Part shown: piece by piece, positions 1-9,777 of the stretch
Layout: every line of letters starts with the position of its first letter
Numbering within the stretch: position 1 is the stretch's first letter
Source: Candidatus Latescibacterota bacterium
GTDB lineage: Bacteria > Latescibacterota > UBA2968 > GCA-2709665
Length of the DNA: 64,000 nt
Direction of reading: 5' to 3'
Assembly (NCBI GenBank): GCA_963667175.2
Contig: CAXXXF010000004.1
Coordinates: 18,361 to 82,360 of the forward strand
Notes under the pieces: generated by a model
Told to the model about the DNA's origin: nothing
Seen by the model: only the letters and a program-made list of their open reading frames with translations
The model's database searches: none
Made by a program: the position numbers and the translations under genes

Positions 1-455
1 GTGCCGCCCGGCAGCCATGAGACGTGGCCCGGGAGATCCAGGCCGCGGCGAAAGTCGGATACGACGTGTTCGGGATCCACGAAACCCATCACGGATAGCG
101 CGGCGTAATATCCGACGCTGGTGTGAGCGTGTTCGATGGTGTACTCGATGCGTTCGAAGTCGACCACCGCCAGGGTGAGCAGCAAGGGCGGGATCAGGCC
201 GATGCCGCCGCCCAGATGGTCCGCTTCGCCGATTTCGGAGAGGGAGGCCAGCGAACGCACGGCCGTGCGGGCGGCCTCGATCTGCAGGGCGGTGAACGCG
301 TCGGCTTGTGTCTTTGTCAACGTAAGGGTATGGCGGACGTCGATATGCAGTGGCAGGACTTCGGACGTGACGGATTCGGACAGATACCGCGAACCGTCCA
401 GCAGCGCGCGGTTGCGATGTTCCTGCTGCGTTGTCGCGTGCTGCAATGCGGACAT
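1..455 (-). CDS. Transketolase-like TPP-dependent enzyme, N-terminal part (CDS continues past the left edge)
   Basis: Minus-strand frame is open from ATG at 455 (GGAG 7 nt upstream) to the window edge. It is absent from the ORF track because it is truncated. Translation MSALQHATTQQEH...ADHLGGGIGLIPPLL...EHAHTSVGYYAALSVMGF...DLPGHVSWLPGG has the GHxGG / GH / GHP motif spacing of transketolase N-terminal domains, but is divergent. Confidence 0.55.
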   Translation of the reverse strand, partial: MSALQHATTQQEHRNRALLDGSRYLSESVTSEVLPLHIDVRHTLTLTKTQADAFTALQIEAARTAVRSLASLSEIGEADHLGGGIGLIPPLLLTLAVVDFERIEYTIEHAHTSVGYYAALSVMGFVDPEHVVSDFRRGLDLPGHVSWLPGG

Positions 456-718
456 AGACAGGCTCCTCTGCGAGGGAGGCAGGTTCGATTGATACCGGGG
501 GACGGCGCAAAACGAGGGAGGGATTGGGGAGCGAAGACGGCGAACTAAAAATACAGTGGTTTCGGAAAAAAACCAGCTAAAAATCCTTCAGACTGTCGTC
601 GCGGGCTTCCGCCTTCCGGCGGGAAAACTTGGCTTGGAAGTTCGGCGGTCCTTTGGTATTTTGTACTCGAATTTGAGCGTTTTCAGGTTGCACGGACGAT
701 CGCGGAAAGGAGCGGAAG

Positions 719-1489
719 ATGGCCGGCACGGTTTTGGCGGCGCAGATGTACACGGTGCGCGAATTCACACAGACACCCGCGGACGTCGCGGCCAGTCTGA
801 AAAAGGTGAAGGCGCTGGGATACGATGCCATGCAGGTATCGGCATTCGGAGAACTCAGCCCGCAGGAACTCAAGGACCTGGCGGACGGTGAAGGCCTCGA
901 AATCTGCGCCACCCACACCAGCTACGAACGCATGCGGGATGAAACCCAGGCCGTGATCGACGAGCACCTGTTGTGGGGGTGCAGGTATCCGGCAATCGGC
1001 GGGCTTCCCCAGAGTTATCGCGAAGATGGAGGCGACGGTTACAGGCGGTTCGCCCGCGAGGCATCCGAAGTCGCGCGAAAACTCGCGGCGGCAGGGCTCA
1101 CCTTCGGGTATCACAACCACAGTTTCGAACTGGAGCGTTTCGGAGATCGCACGGGCCTGCAGATCCTGTTTGAAGAGAGCGACCCCGATGTCTTTCAGCT
1201 CGAGATCGACACCTACTGGATCCAGCATGGAGGCGGCGACCCCGCCGAGTGGATTCGCAAGGCCGCGGGCCGCGCGGACCTGGTTCACGTGAAAGATATG
1301 GCCATGCGCGGCCGGGAACAGCTCTACGCCGAGGTGGGCGAGGGCAACCTGAACTGGCCGGCCATCCTGGATGCCTGCGAGGCGGCGGGCGCCCGGTGGT
1401 ACATCGTGGAGCAGGACACGTGCCAGCGGGACCCGTTCGAGAGCCTGGGTATCAGCCTGCGGAATCTGCAGGGAATGGGGCTGGAATAA
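719..1489 (+). CDS. Sugar phosphate isomerase/epimerase (xylose isomerase-like TIM barrel)
   Basis: 256-aa ORF with AAAGGAG 6 nt upstream of the ATG. Family-typical motifs GYHNHSFE, LVHVKD, YIVEQD. Confidence 0.85.
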   Translation: MAGTVLAAQMYTVREFTQTPADVAASLKKVKALGYDAMQVSAFGELSPQELKDLADGEGLEICATHTSYERMRDETQAVIDEHLLWGCRYPAIGGLPQSYREDGGDGYRRFAREASEVARKLAAAGLTFGYHNHSFELERFGDRTGLQILFEESDPDVFQLEIDTYWIQHGGGDPAEWIRKAAGRADLVHVKDMAMRGREQLYAEVGEGNLNWPAILDACEAAGARWYIVEQDTCQRDPFESLGISLRNLQGMGLE

Positions 1490-1519
1490 ATCGTCTGTGA
1501 ACCCGTGGCGAGGATTCGT

Positions 1520-3508
1520 ATGTCCGTTGCAGGCAATCCGTCCTTTGGCGCCATCCTGCAGTCCGACGACAGATCGATCTACGATGTCCGCACGCGTGCG
1601 CCCGGGCCCGAGGGCCGGCTGATTTCCCTCACCGAAGAGCGCGTGATCGAATCGCCCAGCGGGGACATCTTCGGGTACAGCCAGAACGCCGGCATGGGCT
1701 GGAATCCGGCGGAGCTGGGCCGGCCGGAGGTCCTGATCCTCAGCACGATGGGGGGCATCCGCGAGCCGGACGGCCGCCCCGTCGCGCTGGGATATCATAC
1801 GGGACACTGGGAGGTGGGGCTGTTGGTGCGGGAGGCCGCCCTGGAAATCCATCGCCTGGGCGGCATTCCCTTTGCGGGGTATTGCTCGGACCCCTGCGAC
1901 GGACGGACCCAGGGCACGACCGGCATGATGGACAGTCTCGCGTATCGCAACGACGCGGCGACGGTGCTCCGGCGCCTGGTCCGCTCCCTTCCCACCCGCA
2001 AAGGGGTGATTGGCGTTGCAACCTGCGACAAGGGATTGCCCGCGATGATGATCGCCCTGGCGGCGATGCGCTCGCTGCCCACGGCGATCGTTCCGGGGGG
2101 CGTGACGCTGCCGCCGGAAGACGGGGAAGACGCCGGCAAGATTCAGTCGGTGGGCGTCAGGCTGGCGCACGGAGAGATGACGCTTTCCGAGGTGCAGGAC
2201 CTGGGCTGCCGGGCGTGCGCGTCTCCGGGCGGCGGCTGCCAGTTTCTGGGCACGGCGGCCACTTCGCAGGTGGTGGCCGAAGCGCTGGGTCTCGCGTTGA
2301 CCCATTCGGCCCTGGCGCCGTCGGGAGAGGCGGTCTGGCTGGACATGGCGCTCCGGTCCGCCCGCGCGGTGTTCGCGATGCAGGGCTCGGGACTCACGAC
2401 GGCCGACGTGGTTACGGATGCCGCGGTCCGCAATGCGATGGTCACGCACGCCGCGTTCGGCGGATCGACCAACCTGCTCTTGCACATTCCCGCGGTGGCC
2501 TACGCGGCCGGGCTCTCCCGGCCCACCGTGGCCGACTGGAGCCACGTGAACCGCCAGGTTCCCCGCCTGGTGGACGTGCTGCCCAACGGTCCGGAGTTCC
2601 ATCCGACCATCCGGGCGTTTCTGGCCGGCGGCGTCCCGGAAGTGATGCTGCACCTGCGGCGACTCGGGTTGCTGGAAACGGGCGCACGTACGATTACCGG
2701 TAGGACGCTGGGTGAGAATCTGGACTGGTGGGAGGGGTCCGAGCGAAGGTCCGCGCTCAGGGCGGCGTTGCGCGATCAGGACGGAGTCGACCCCGACAAT
2801 GTGATTATGGATACCGGCCGCGCGCGGGTCCGAGGGTTGACCAGCACCGTCTGTTTCCCCACGGGGAATATCGCGCCGGAAGGGTCCGTGGTCAAGAGCA
2901 CGGCAATCGACCCGTCGGTCGTCGACGCGGACGGCGTGTACCGGATGACCGGTCCGGTCAAGGTGTTCACCACCGAACGCGCCGCCGCCGCCGCGCTGAA
3001 GGATTCCGGTCCGAAAGGCGTAAAACCTGGAGACGTGATGGTGTTGATCGGGCGCGGCCCCATGGGCGCGGGGATGGAGGAGATTGCGCAGATCACCACC
3101 GCGCTCAAGTACCTGGACTTCGGGAAACACGTCGCGGTGCTGACGGACGCGCGCTTTTCTGGATTTTCCACCGGGGCCTGTATCGGCCATATCGGCCCGG
3201 AAGCGCTGGCTGGCGGTCCGATCGGCAAGTTGGAGGATGGCGACGTCGTGGAAATCGCCATCGACCGGAAGGATCTCTCGGGCAGCATCGACTTCGTCGG
3301 TGTGGGCAAGACCCGGTTCGGACCTGAGGAGGGGGGTCGCATTCTGGCGGACCGCGCCACACGGGCCGACCTGTCGCCCGACGCGGACCTGCCGGACGAT
3401 ACCCGGCTGTGGGCGGCCCTGCAGAACGTTGGCGGCGGCACCTGGGGAGGGTGCGTGTACGACGTCGATGCGATCATGAACCGGTTGAACGGCGGTACCC
3501 CCTCGTGA
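1520..3508 (+). CDS. yjhG: YjhG/YagF-family sugar-acid (D-xylonate-type) dehydratase, IlvD/Edd superfamily
   Basis: 662 aa from ATG 1520 (the ORF track starts at GTG 1505). Long colinear similarity to my recollection of E. coli YjhG: [94 protein letters not shown]. Substrate specificity is not determinable from sequence alone. Confidence 0.9.
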   Translation: MSVAGNPSFGAILQSDDRSIYDVRTRAPGPEGRLISLTEERVIESPSGDIFGYSQNAGMGWNPAELGRPEVLILSTMGGIREPDGRPVALGYHTGHWEVGLLVREAALEIHRLGGIPFAGYCSDPCDGRTQGTTGMMDSLAYRNDAATVLRRLVRSLPTRKGVIGVATCDKGLPAMMIALAAMRSLPTAIVPGGVTLPPEDGEDAGKIQSVGVRLAHGEMTLSEVQDLGCRACASPGGGCQFLGTAATSQVVAEALGLALTHSALAPSGEAVWLDMALRSARAVFAMQGSGLTTADVVTDAAVRNAMVTHAAFGGSTNLLLHIPAVAYAAGLSRPTVADWSHVNRQVPRLVDVLPNGPEFHPTIRAFLAGGVPEVMLHLRRLGLLETGARTITGRTLGENLDWWEGSERRSALRAALRDQDGVDPDNVIMDTGRARVRGLTSTVCFPTGNIAPEGSVVKSTAIDPSVVDADGVYRMTGPVKVFTTERAAAAALKDSGPKGVKPGDVMVLIGRGPMGAGMEEIAQITTALKYLDFGKHVAVLTDARFSGFSTGACIGHIGPEALAGGPIGKLEDGDVVEIAIDRKDLSGSIDFVGVGKTRFGPEEGGRILADRATRADLSPDADLPDDTRLWAALQNVGGGTWGGCVYDVDAIMNRLNGGTPS

Positions 3509-4284
3509 ATCAAGTCGACCGATCAGCGACCGAATCCTGGCTTCCGCCGCCCGAACGTCCGGTGGCGTTGGACGACGAGGTTCAGGTCTGGCGGATATTC
3601 CTGGACCTGCCGGCTTCCGAAATCGATGAAATGAAGGGTGTGCTTTCCAACGAAGAGAAGGCACGCGCCGCCCGGTTTGCTTTCGAGAAGCACCGGGCGC
3701 GTTTTATTTCGGGACGGGCGTCCCTCAGGCGGATTCTGGCCAGGTATCTGGGGCGGGCGCCCCAACGCCTGGAATTCGGCTACGGGCATCGGGGAAAGCC
3801 ATATCTGAAGGACGATCCTCCGGGAAACCCGCTTCGCTTCAACCTGTCTCATTCGAGCGAACTCGCGCTGCTGGCGGTGGTGGGATCGCGGGATATCGGT
3901 GTGGACGTGGAGCGGGTGCGGGCGGTCCAGTACCACCTGAAGATCGCGGGACGTTTCTTTTCTCCAGGGGAGGTCGCCACGATTCGGGCCCTTCCCCCGG
4001 AGGTCCAATACGAGGCGTTTTTCAATTGCTGGACGCGCAAAGAGGCCTATATCAAGGCATTGGGCGACGGCCTCGCCTACCCGTTGGACGCATTCGAAGT
4101 TTCGCTCGCGCCCGGAACTCCCGCGGCTTTGCTGCGCGTGAACGATGACCCGAACGCGTCGACGGAGTGGTTTATGAAAGCGCTGGACCCCGGCCACGGG
4201 TACGTGGGCGCCGTGGCGTTGAAGGGAACGGGGTATCGGGTGACCCGCTGGGAGTGGGGGGAAACCGAACGCCGGGTGGATTGA
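3505..4284 (+). CDS. 4'-phosphopantetheinyl transferase (Sfp-type)
   Basis: GTG at 3505 overlaps the dehydratase stop (GTGA). Motifs [29 protein letters not shown]. The ORF-track start at 3409 lies inside the upstream gene and is unlikely. Confidence 0.85.
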   Translation: MNQVDRSATESWLPPPERPVALDDEVQVWRIFLDLPASEIDEMKGVLSNEEKARAARFAFEKHRARFISGRASLRRILARYLGRAPQRLEFGYGHRGKPYLKDDPPGNPLRFNLSHSSELALLAVVGSRDIGVDVERVRAVQYHLKIAGRFFSPGEVATIRALPPEVQYEAFFNCWTRKEAYIKALGDGLAYPLDAFEVSLAPGTPAALLRVNDDPNASTEWFMKALDPGHGYVGAVALKGTGYRVTRWEWGETERRVD

Positions 4285-4323
4285 TCTCGACGTCACGCGC
4301 ACGGATTTGTCATTGCGACCAGA

Positions 4324-5313
4324 TCATGCTCCGGGAGCAACTCCGGATTGCTCCCGGATTTCTCTGTACGCTTCGGTGGCCGACTGGGGTTTTCCGTAGT
4401 CCGCGGCCCATTCGCGATCTTCGGCGGGCTTTTTACCGATGGCGCGCGCCATCTGGCGGAGGTGCGACCCCTCGCATCCGCAGCAGCCGCCGATATAGTT
4501 CACGCCCAGGCCCAGAGCTGTTTTGGCAAAGTCGCCCATTTCATAGCGGCTGATCTTGTAGTCGTCGAGCCTGTCCGGGAAGCCGGGCTGCCCCGTGAAG
4601 AACGGCACCTCCGGCGTGCATCGATAGGCGACCGGCTGGGCGGCCACGTGGCACGTTACCGCGTCTCGCATCTGCTCGATGGCTGGGAGCATGTAGGTGG
4701 GGTCCTGCCAGCAATTTGCGCCCACCACGTCGGCGCCCGCGCCTTCCAGCATCCTCGCGGCCTCGCCGGGGGACTTTCCGTCACGGGTTTGGGGCCCTTC
4801 GAACGCCAGCGTGATCATGGCCGGAAGGCCCGTCTTTTGTACGCGTTCGAGGGCGATGAGGGCTTCGCCCGCGTGGAGAAACGTCTCGCCGATGATGAAG
4901 TCGACGCCTTCGGCCATCTGGTAACCGATCTGGGCATCGAACAGGCGCCGGCATTCGTCCTCCGATTCGGGGTACTTCCACGTGAGGCAGATATTCCCGG
5001 CGACCAGCGCCCGGTCGCCGGCGGCCTCGCGTGCGACTCTCACTGCCGCGCGGTTGATCTCTTCCAGTCTGCCCGCGTAGCCGATCTGCGCCAGCTTGTT
5101 CTCGCTGGCGTAGAACGTGAGCACCTGCAGGACTTCCGCCCCGGCGTGCACGAATTCCTCGTGCAACGCAAGAAGCGCGTTCGGATTCTCAATGGTTACT
5201 TCCGGTGTAAACGGACCGGCCTGGACGTAGCCCCGGTTCTCCAGGGCGAGCAGGTACCCCCCGTCGCCCAACACCACGCCGCCTTCCAGTTGTTTCAGTA
5301 TCGATTCGGGCAT
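4324..5313 (-). CDS. Homocysteine S-methyltransferase family protein (betaine-homocysteine methyltransferase-like)
   Basis: 329-aa ORF. Pfam S-methyl_trans-like motifs: VLGDGGY, VGANC, zinc site IGGCCGC. Confidence 0.85.
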   Translation of the reverse strand: MPESILKQLEGGVVLGDGGYLLALENRGYVQAGPFTPEVTIENPNALLALHEEFVHAGAEVLQVLTFYASENKLAQIGYAGRLEEINRAAVRVAREAAGDRALVAGNICLTWKYPESEDECRRLFDAQIGYQMAEGVDFIIGETFLHAGEALIALERVQKTGLPAMITLAFEGPQTRDGKSPGEAARMLEGAGADVVGANCWQDPTYMLPAIEQMRDAVTCHVAAQPVAYRCTPEVPFFTGQPGFPDRLDDYKISRYEMGDFAKTALGLGVNYIGGCCGCEGSHLRQMARAIGKKPAEDREWAADYGKPQSATEAYREIREQSGVAPGA

Positions 5314-5353
5314 TGGAATTCCCCCGTATCCTTAAAGTGAACGTGATTTGTGC

Positions 5354-5373
5354 GGGCGCCCACAAGGTGCGCC
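5354..5373. repeat. REP-like GC-rich hairpin (GGCGC-CCACAAGGT-GCGCC)
   Basis: Member of the ...CCACAAGGG... / ...CCCTTGTGG... palindromic family, seen six times in intergenic DNA of this window. Confidence 0.6.
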
Positions 5374-5484
5374 TATGCAAATGCAATTTTGCCTCAGATA
5401 TTGTTGAGCATTGTAACGGATTTTACAATTGCAATGCAACGAAATTCGACGCGCGTATCTCAGAGCCCGTTTCCACGTCCTGCA

Positions 5485-5511
5485 CAAGGGCAACCTTTGT
5501 GGTTGCCCTTG
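5485..5511. repeat. REP-like hairpin (CAAGGGCAACC-TTTGT-GGTTGCCCTTG)
   Basis: Perfect 11-bp inverted repeat around the CTTTGTGG core, in intergenic DNA. Confidence 0.7.
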
Positions 5512-5532
5512 TTGTTCGCACAACGAGGGTAT

Positions 5533-6741
5533 TCATTCATGTATCCAGTGCTCTACCGGTTTCGAGAGGAACTCATCGAGGGCAATGCCGTCGCCCCCGA
5601 CGAGCAAGCTGCGGGTCGGGCGAAAGGCCTCGGCGAAGGCGGCCATTCCGGCCGGGTTCCGGCCGGTTCGCTCGCTCTTGACTTCAATGGCCGTGACCGT
5701 CCGTCCGGAGCGCACGACGAAATCCACCTCGTTGTGGCGGTCGCGCCAGTAGAAGACCTCGCACGCGCCGCCGGCAGCGGCATTCACCAGGTGAGCGCCT
5801 ACCGCCGACTCGACCAGCCGTCCCCAGAATTCGTGATCGGCGCGCGCCTGGGCGAAGTTGAGGCCTGATCCCGCTGTCATCAGGGCCGTATTGAAGACCT
5901 GCAACTTGGGGCTGGAACTCCGGCGCCGGACGGCCGCTCCGGCGTATTTCTGTATTCCCCGGAGCATTCCTGAGGCCGACAGCAGATCGAGATAGTGGGC
6001 CAGCGTCGTCGTGTTTCCGGCGTCATGGAGTTGGCCCAGCATCTTCGAATAGGATAGGATCTGGCCGGAATAGGCGCAGCCCAATTCGAACAGCCGACGC
6101 AGCAGGGCCGGTTTGTCCACGCGTGAAAGCAGCAGGACGTCACGCGAAATGGTCGTTTCGATGAGTGAGTCCCTGATGTACCGGGACCATCGGCCCGGCT
6201 GCTTCGCAAGCGGCGCGGCCCCCGGATAGGCGCCGTAGAACAGAAACTGCTCCAGAGACCAGCCGAACGCGGTTCGCATCTCCAAAAAGCTCCAGTGCGG
6301 AACGTGCAGAAGCTCGAAACGCCCGGCAAGGCTCTCCGTAAGGCCTCGTCCGATCAGGAGTTGCGCCGAACCTGACAGAACTACCTTGAGCCGTCGCTGG
6401 CTCAGCGTATCCTCGTCCCACATCCGCTTGACCGTTTCCGACCAGTTCGGTGCTTTCTGGATTTCGTCCAGGATGAGAAGCGCGCCATCGTCCCCCGCAT
6501 CGCCCGCGAGAATCCGCGCCGCGTCCCACTGTTGCGCAATCCATTCCGGCCCGCGTAACGTGGGTTCGTCGGCGCTGGCATAGCGAAACGGTAGCCCGGA
6601 CCTCTCCGCGACCTGTGTGATCAGGGTCGTCTTGCCCACCTGCCTCGCTCCGGCAACGACCTGAATAAAACGCCGCGGCTCACGCAAACGGCGCAGCAGA
6701 TCCTCCGCTTGCGGACGCGTATATGACAATTTACTCAACAT
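5533..6741 (-). CDS. AAA-family ATPase with DUF4143-type C-terminal domain
   Basis: 402 aa. Walker A GARQVGKTT, Walker B LLILDEIQ, and a C-terminal region typical of the AAA_14/DUF4143 'ATP-binding protein' family. Confidence 0.8.
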   Translation of the reverse strand: MLSKLSYTRPQAEDLLRRLREPRRFIQVVAGARQVGKTTLITQVAERSGLPFRYASADEPTLRGPEWIAQQWDAARILAGDAGDDGALLILDEIQKAPNWSETVKRMWDEDTLSQRRLKVVLSGSAQLLIGRGLTESLAGRFELLHVPHWSFLEMRTAFGWSLEQFLFYGAYPGAAPLAKQPGRWSRYIRDSLIETTISRDVLLLSRVDKPALLRRLFELGCAYSGQILSYSKMLGQLHDAGNTTTLAHYLDLLSASGMLRGIQKYAGAAVRRRSSSPKLQVFNTALMTAGSGLNFAQARADHEFWGRLVESAVGAHLVNAAAGGACEVFYWRDRHNEVDFVVRSGRTVTAIEVKSERTGRNPAGMAAFAEAFRPTRSLLVGGDGIALDEFLSKPVEHWIHE

Positions 6742-6771
6742 AATGAGTAATTATACTCAATACATTGAGTA
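6742..6771 (-). promoter_or_regulatory. Putative leaderless promoter (TATAAT 8 nt before the ATG) with two TACTCAA-N4/5-TTGAGTA palindromes
   Basis: Minus strand reads ...TTTACTCAATGTATTGAGTATAATTACTCATT-ATG-TTGAGTAA. One palindrome spans the start codon (6731-6750) and one sits upstream (6754-6771). Confidence 0.3.
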
Positions 6772-6856
6772 AATGGTAGTGTTTTTTTGGTCGGAGGGTG
6801 ATGGAGCAGATGGAAATGAATCGATAGCACCGACGACGAAAATAACGCGTCGATGT

Positions 6857-7621
6857 TCAAGCCGCCAATTCCATTCTCGCGTCTTCACGCTGACTCCAAA
6901 CCACTGGTCTGACGTCGTAGCTCCGTAGTGCGGCCATCACTGTCTGATCGACCTTTCTTTCCGAATCGTTCAGAAATGCGTACACACGTGACCCCGGCGT
7001 GCGGACTTCCTTTGTGTCAATCCAAGCAAGTACAACGTTCTGAGCGGTTGAACGACTTGGGCGGTTGACTGTCTGTATGAGCCGCTCCGGCCGCTCCCGA
7101 GATTTCGGAATCACGAAATCAAAGAGATGATCATACCCCGTTTGACCTGTAAACTTCACCCTTGGCGTGTGGCGAATATCGCAGAGATCAAGCCAAGCTT
7201 CCACATCTTCATAAAAGATGTTCGCCACCGTGGGCGCCGCCATATAGAACATATCGTTGACGGCCAGCATCGCCTGTAAGAGATTGTGTTTTCGGATCGC
7301 AAAGTTGTCGGCTGATGCAAGGACCTGTAACTCACGTCCGTCTCTATGGACTCCAAAACCGTTGAGTGTCATTTGCAGCAGATCTTGCCGTTTGGGACTT
7401 TCGAGATTGCAACCACTTTGGGCAAGATCCTCAATTGTATATCCGTCATCCGTTAACACAAAGCCTCCGTTGGCATCTCTCGCATAGATCTGTAGGTAGT
7501 CGTTGTGTCTATCCAAATAAGGCGTGGTAATCTCGACCCACTGGTCGATTTGGTTCAGGACTGTCTTGTCCTTGAGCCAAGCATAATAATCATCAATGAA
7601 AATCTGAATTTCTCGAATCAT
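6857..7621 (-). CDS. DUF1828/DUF1829 domain-containing protein
   Basis: 254 aa from ATG 7621 (AGGGAG 8 nt upstream; the ORF-track start 7699 has no RBS). Recognised from memory of the DUF1828 N-terminal and DUF1829 C-terminal families (MIREIQ.FIDDYY.WLK...; ...[11 protein letters not shown]...). Low-GC gene. Confidence 0.6.
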   Translation of the reverse strand: MIREIQIFIDDYYAWLKDKTVLNQIDQWVEITTPYLDRHNDYLQIYARDANGGFVLTDDGYTIEDLAQSGCNLESPKRQDLLQMTLNGFGVHRDGRELQVLASADNFAIRKHNLLQAMLAVNDMFYMAAPTVANIFYEDVEAWLDLCDIRHTPRVKFTGQTGYDHLFDFVIPKSRERPERLIQTVNRPSRSTAQNVVLAWIDTKEVRTPGSRVYAFLNDSERKVDQTVMAALRSYDVRPVVWSQREDARMELAA

Positions 7622-7810
7622 GTAAAAAGCTCCCTTACGACATTCGGCGGTCGCGTGACGTTGGAAAATTTCAGGAATCCAACAAACGTCACGGACCATT
7701 GGCGGCGTGAGGGCATATTGAACAGAAAAACGTCCGGGCGATACTCTCAGTTCTTCCTCCGAATGTAGCCTTCACAAGATGTGAATTGAAGAATGCATGT
7801 CCGAACCCTA

Positions 7811-9550
7811 CTATCGACGCAGTTTCGGCAAAAACTCCTTCAATTTCGTTAAGGCGTGTGTACACTCCTCCGCACTCGCACCGAAGATTCCGCTCGTTAC
7901 GTACGGCGACCCATCCTGCAATGTTACAAGCGACTCTTCCATCTCTTTGAAGACCGAACCTTGGTCTCGTCGGTATGCGAAAGCTCCCGGTGGCGCCCAG
8001 TACCTGTCATAGGGCTTGTAATGGGCGCAGCCAAGCGCCATCAGTATCTCTAGCTTGTTGAATAAAAGTGTGTACTGATTAGTACCGGGTACGATTCGCT
8101 TGGCATGTGATCTTATTGCCTGGTGTATCCAGTCATTGAGTGGTGCATGGCTCCTTTCCATTCCTTGCAGTTTACACATTGCCTGTCTGCCATCCACAGA
8201 AAAACAAGAAGGTGGCAATAGCCTGACAGCGGGTAAATCCTCCTCGTATTTTCTGTGAATAGTTGTCCCAAACACGCTTCCAACAAAGCTAAGCCGACCA
8301 GCTTCGACCGCACCCAATCCCAGCGCGAATAACAAGAGCGTTGCCGGGTATTTTTCTAAATCAAGCCAGATGACATTTCCCCCGGTAGATGTCGTCGATC
8401 CAAGACGCTGCAGCGACCTTTGCCAAACTTGGTAGTGTTCCTCTTCTGCCCAATGACCACCCACCGCCGCCATTGCCAGCAGTGTTGAACAGGCGGCATC
8501 GTATTTGCGAACACGCTTGGTAATCGATTCACTATCTGGAGTCGAACCACCTTGCAGGGCGAAATCTTCGCCTGATGTCACGTCGATAACTCGCTCGACG
8601 GCGTCATGGATCAGATTTGATAACCGAATTCGGTATCGGGTATCCGGAAGATAGCGTTCCAGACTTGCTACTGCAGCCTCGGTGGAAAGCGGGTGGGGCT
8701 TAGAGTATTCTTCAATGGACTCTACATGTTGCTGAACAGCCGTGAAGAATGAATCAGCATCGTCAATCGGAACCATATCTGCTTCTCGATGCTCAATCAA
8801 CCTTCGCGCCTCTTCGCCTGGTTCGCCCCTGGACGCCCAGTACGTGGTGAATCGGCGCGATGGCGCACGGATCAATGCGCTTCGCATTGCACCGTCCCAT
8901 TCAGCCGACCATCCGCACACGATAAGGCCGAACTCGTCGAAGATCTGGTCCAAGAGTTTATCGTACTCCGGCGGATACTCATCAAGTTCGGCGGGGGTAT
9001 TTCTTATGCGGGTATCGACATAATCGCCATTTACCTTGAAAACGCAACACTGCGTGTGTATCAATGGTAGGGCGCCCTCGACCTGATCGGACGAACTGAG
9101 GGTCGTCGGTACAACGCCAACATCATTCAGGGCGGTTTCGACGAGACGGTCGAAATTCGTCGTGACGATAACCTTGATGAAACCTTTCGCGGCCAGTGCC
9201 GCGATAGCCCGATGCGCCGCTGTCGGCGCTTTAAACCCTTCCTGGCGCTCCTCGTCAGTCGGCTCAAAATATCCACGGAGCAACTGTTGTCGCTCGGCTT
9301 GCGTCCTCGCGAGTTCGTTGAGTAGATCTGAGTACGACGCCTCTTTGTCGAATTTCTCCACGTACCATCGTTCCGGATCCGGCTCGCATGTTTCGCCACT
9401 GAGTTTAGCCAGTTTGCGGATCAAATCCAGCGTGATCTCCCAGCCCGTCGGAATCTTCGCCGAGCGGGTTACCCCTGATCCCTCGAGAATGGCATATACA
9501 CCAGGATTGGCCTGAATCGAGAATGACAGTGAGTGGATTGGATCTATCAA
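7811..9550 (-). CDS. SIR2-like (SIR2_2 family) protein with uncharacterised ~300-aa C-terminal domain
   Basis: 579-aa ORF with TTG start. N-terminal SIR2_2 motifs: GSGVTRSAKIPTGWE, VTTNFDRLVE, FKVNGDY, IVCGWS. I do not recognise the C-terminal half. Confidence 0.8.
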   Translation of the reverse strand: MIDPIHSLSFSIQANPGVYAILEGSGVTRSAKIPTGWEITLDLIRKLAKLSGETCEPDPERWYVEKFDKEASYSDLLNELARTQAERQQLLRGYFEPTDEERQEGFKAPTAAHRAIAALAAKGFIKVIVTTNFDRLVETALNDVGVVPTTLSSSDQVEGALPLIHTQCCVFKVNGDYVDTRIRNTPAELDEYPPEYDKLLDQIFDEFGLIVCGWSAEWDGAMRSALIRAPSRRFTTYWASRGEPGEEARRLIEHREADMVPIDDADSFFTAVQQHVESIEEYSKPHPLSTEAAVASLERYLPDTRYRIRLSNLIHDAVERVIDVTSGEDFALQGGSTPDSESITKRVRKYDAACSTLLAMAAVGGHWAEEEHYQVWQRSLQRLGSTTSTGGNVIWLDLEKYPATLLLFALGLGAVEAGRLSFVGSVFGTTIHRKYEEDLPAVRLLPPSCFSVDGRQAMCKLQGMERSHAPLNDWIHQAIRSHAKRIVPGTNQYTLLFNKLEILMALGCAHYKPYDRYWAPPGAFAYRRDQGSVFKEMEESLVTLQDGSPYVTSGIFGASAEECTHALTKLKEFLPKLRR

Positions 9551-9588
9551 GGTGTGTTAATCCCCAACTGGTTATTGCTTCATGAGAC

Positions 9589-9627
9589 TTGACCGTCCAA
9601 AAAAAACCAAATCCGTGTTGGACCAGG
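9589..9627. repeat. Hairpin repeat related to island repeat family 2 (GTCCAA-N17-TTGGAC)
   Basis: TTGACCGTCCAAAAAAAACCAAATCCGTGTTGGACCAGG lies between vsr and the SIR2 gene. It shares the CCGTCCAAAA / TTGGAC motifs with 13578-13889. Confidence 0.4.
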
Positions 9628-9777
9628 AATAGAACGATCAGCACTTGCGCTGAGCAAACGCTTCGCCAAAACAGACGACTGAATCCACGGCAACACGGCG
9701 ATAATCGGTCTATCGGAACTTGGTCCACCTGCACGGATCCTCTCAACTTCCACATCTTTCTGCCAGCGTTACGTGGT

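Noticed and set aside
683-3664. 993-aa minus-strand ORF, the longest in the ORF track for this region
   Set aside because: It is antisense to three plus-strand genes with clear family motifs (isomerase, YjhG-type dehydratase, PPTase). Its translation is Arg/Pro/Gly/Ala-rich low-complexity sequence, typical of spurious antisense frames in high-GC DNA.
4348-5340. 330-aa plus-strand ORF opposite the BHMT-like gene
   Set aside because: The minus-strand frame carries the homocysteine S-methyltransferase zinc-site motif GGCCG and a proper start. The plus-strand frame is a low-complexity shadow.
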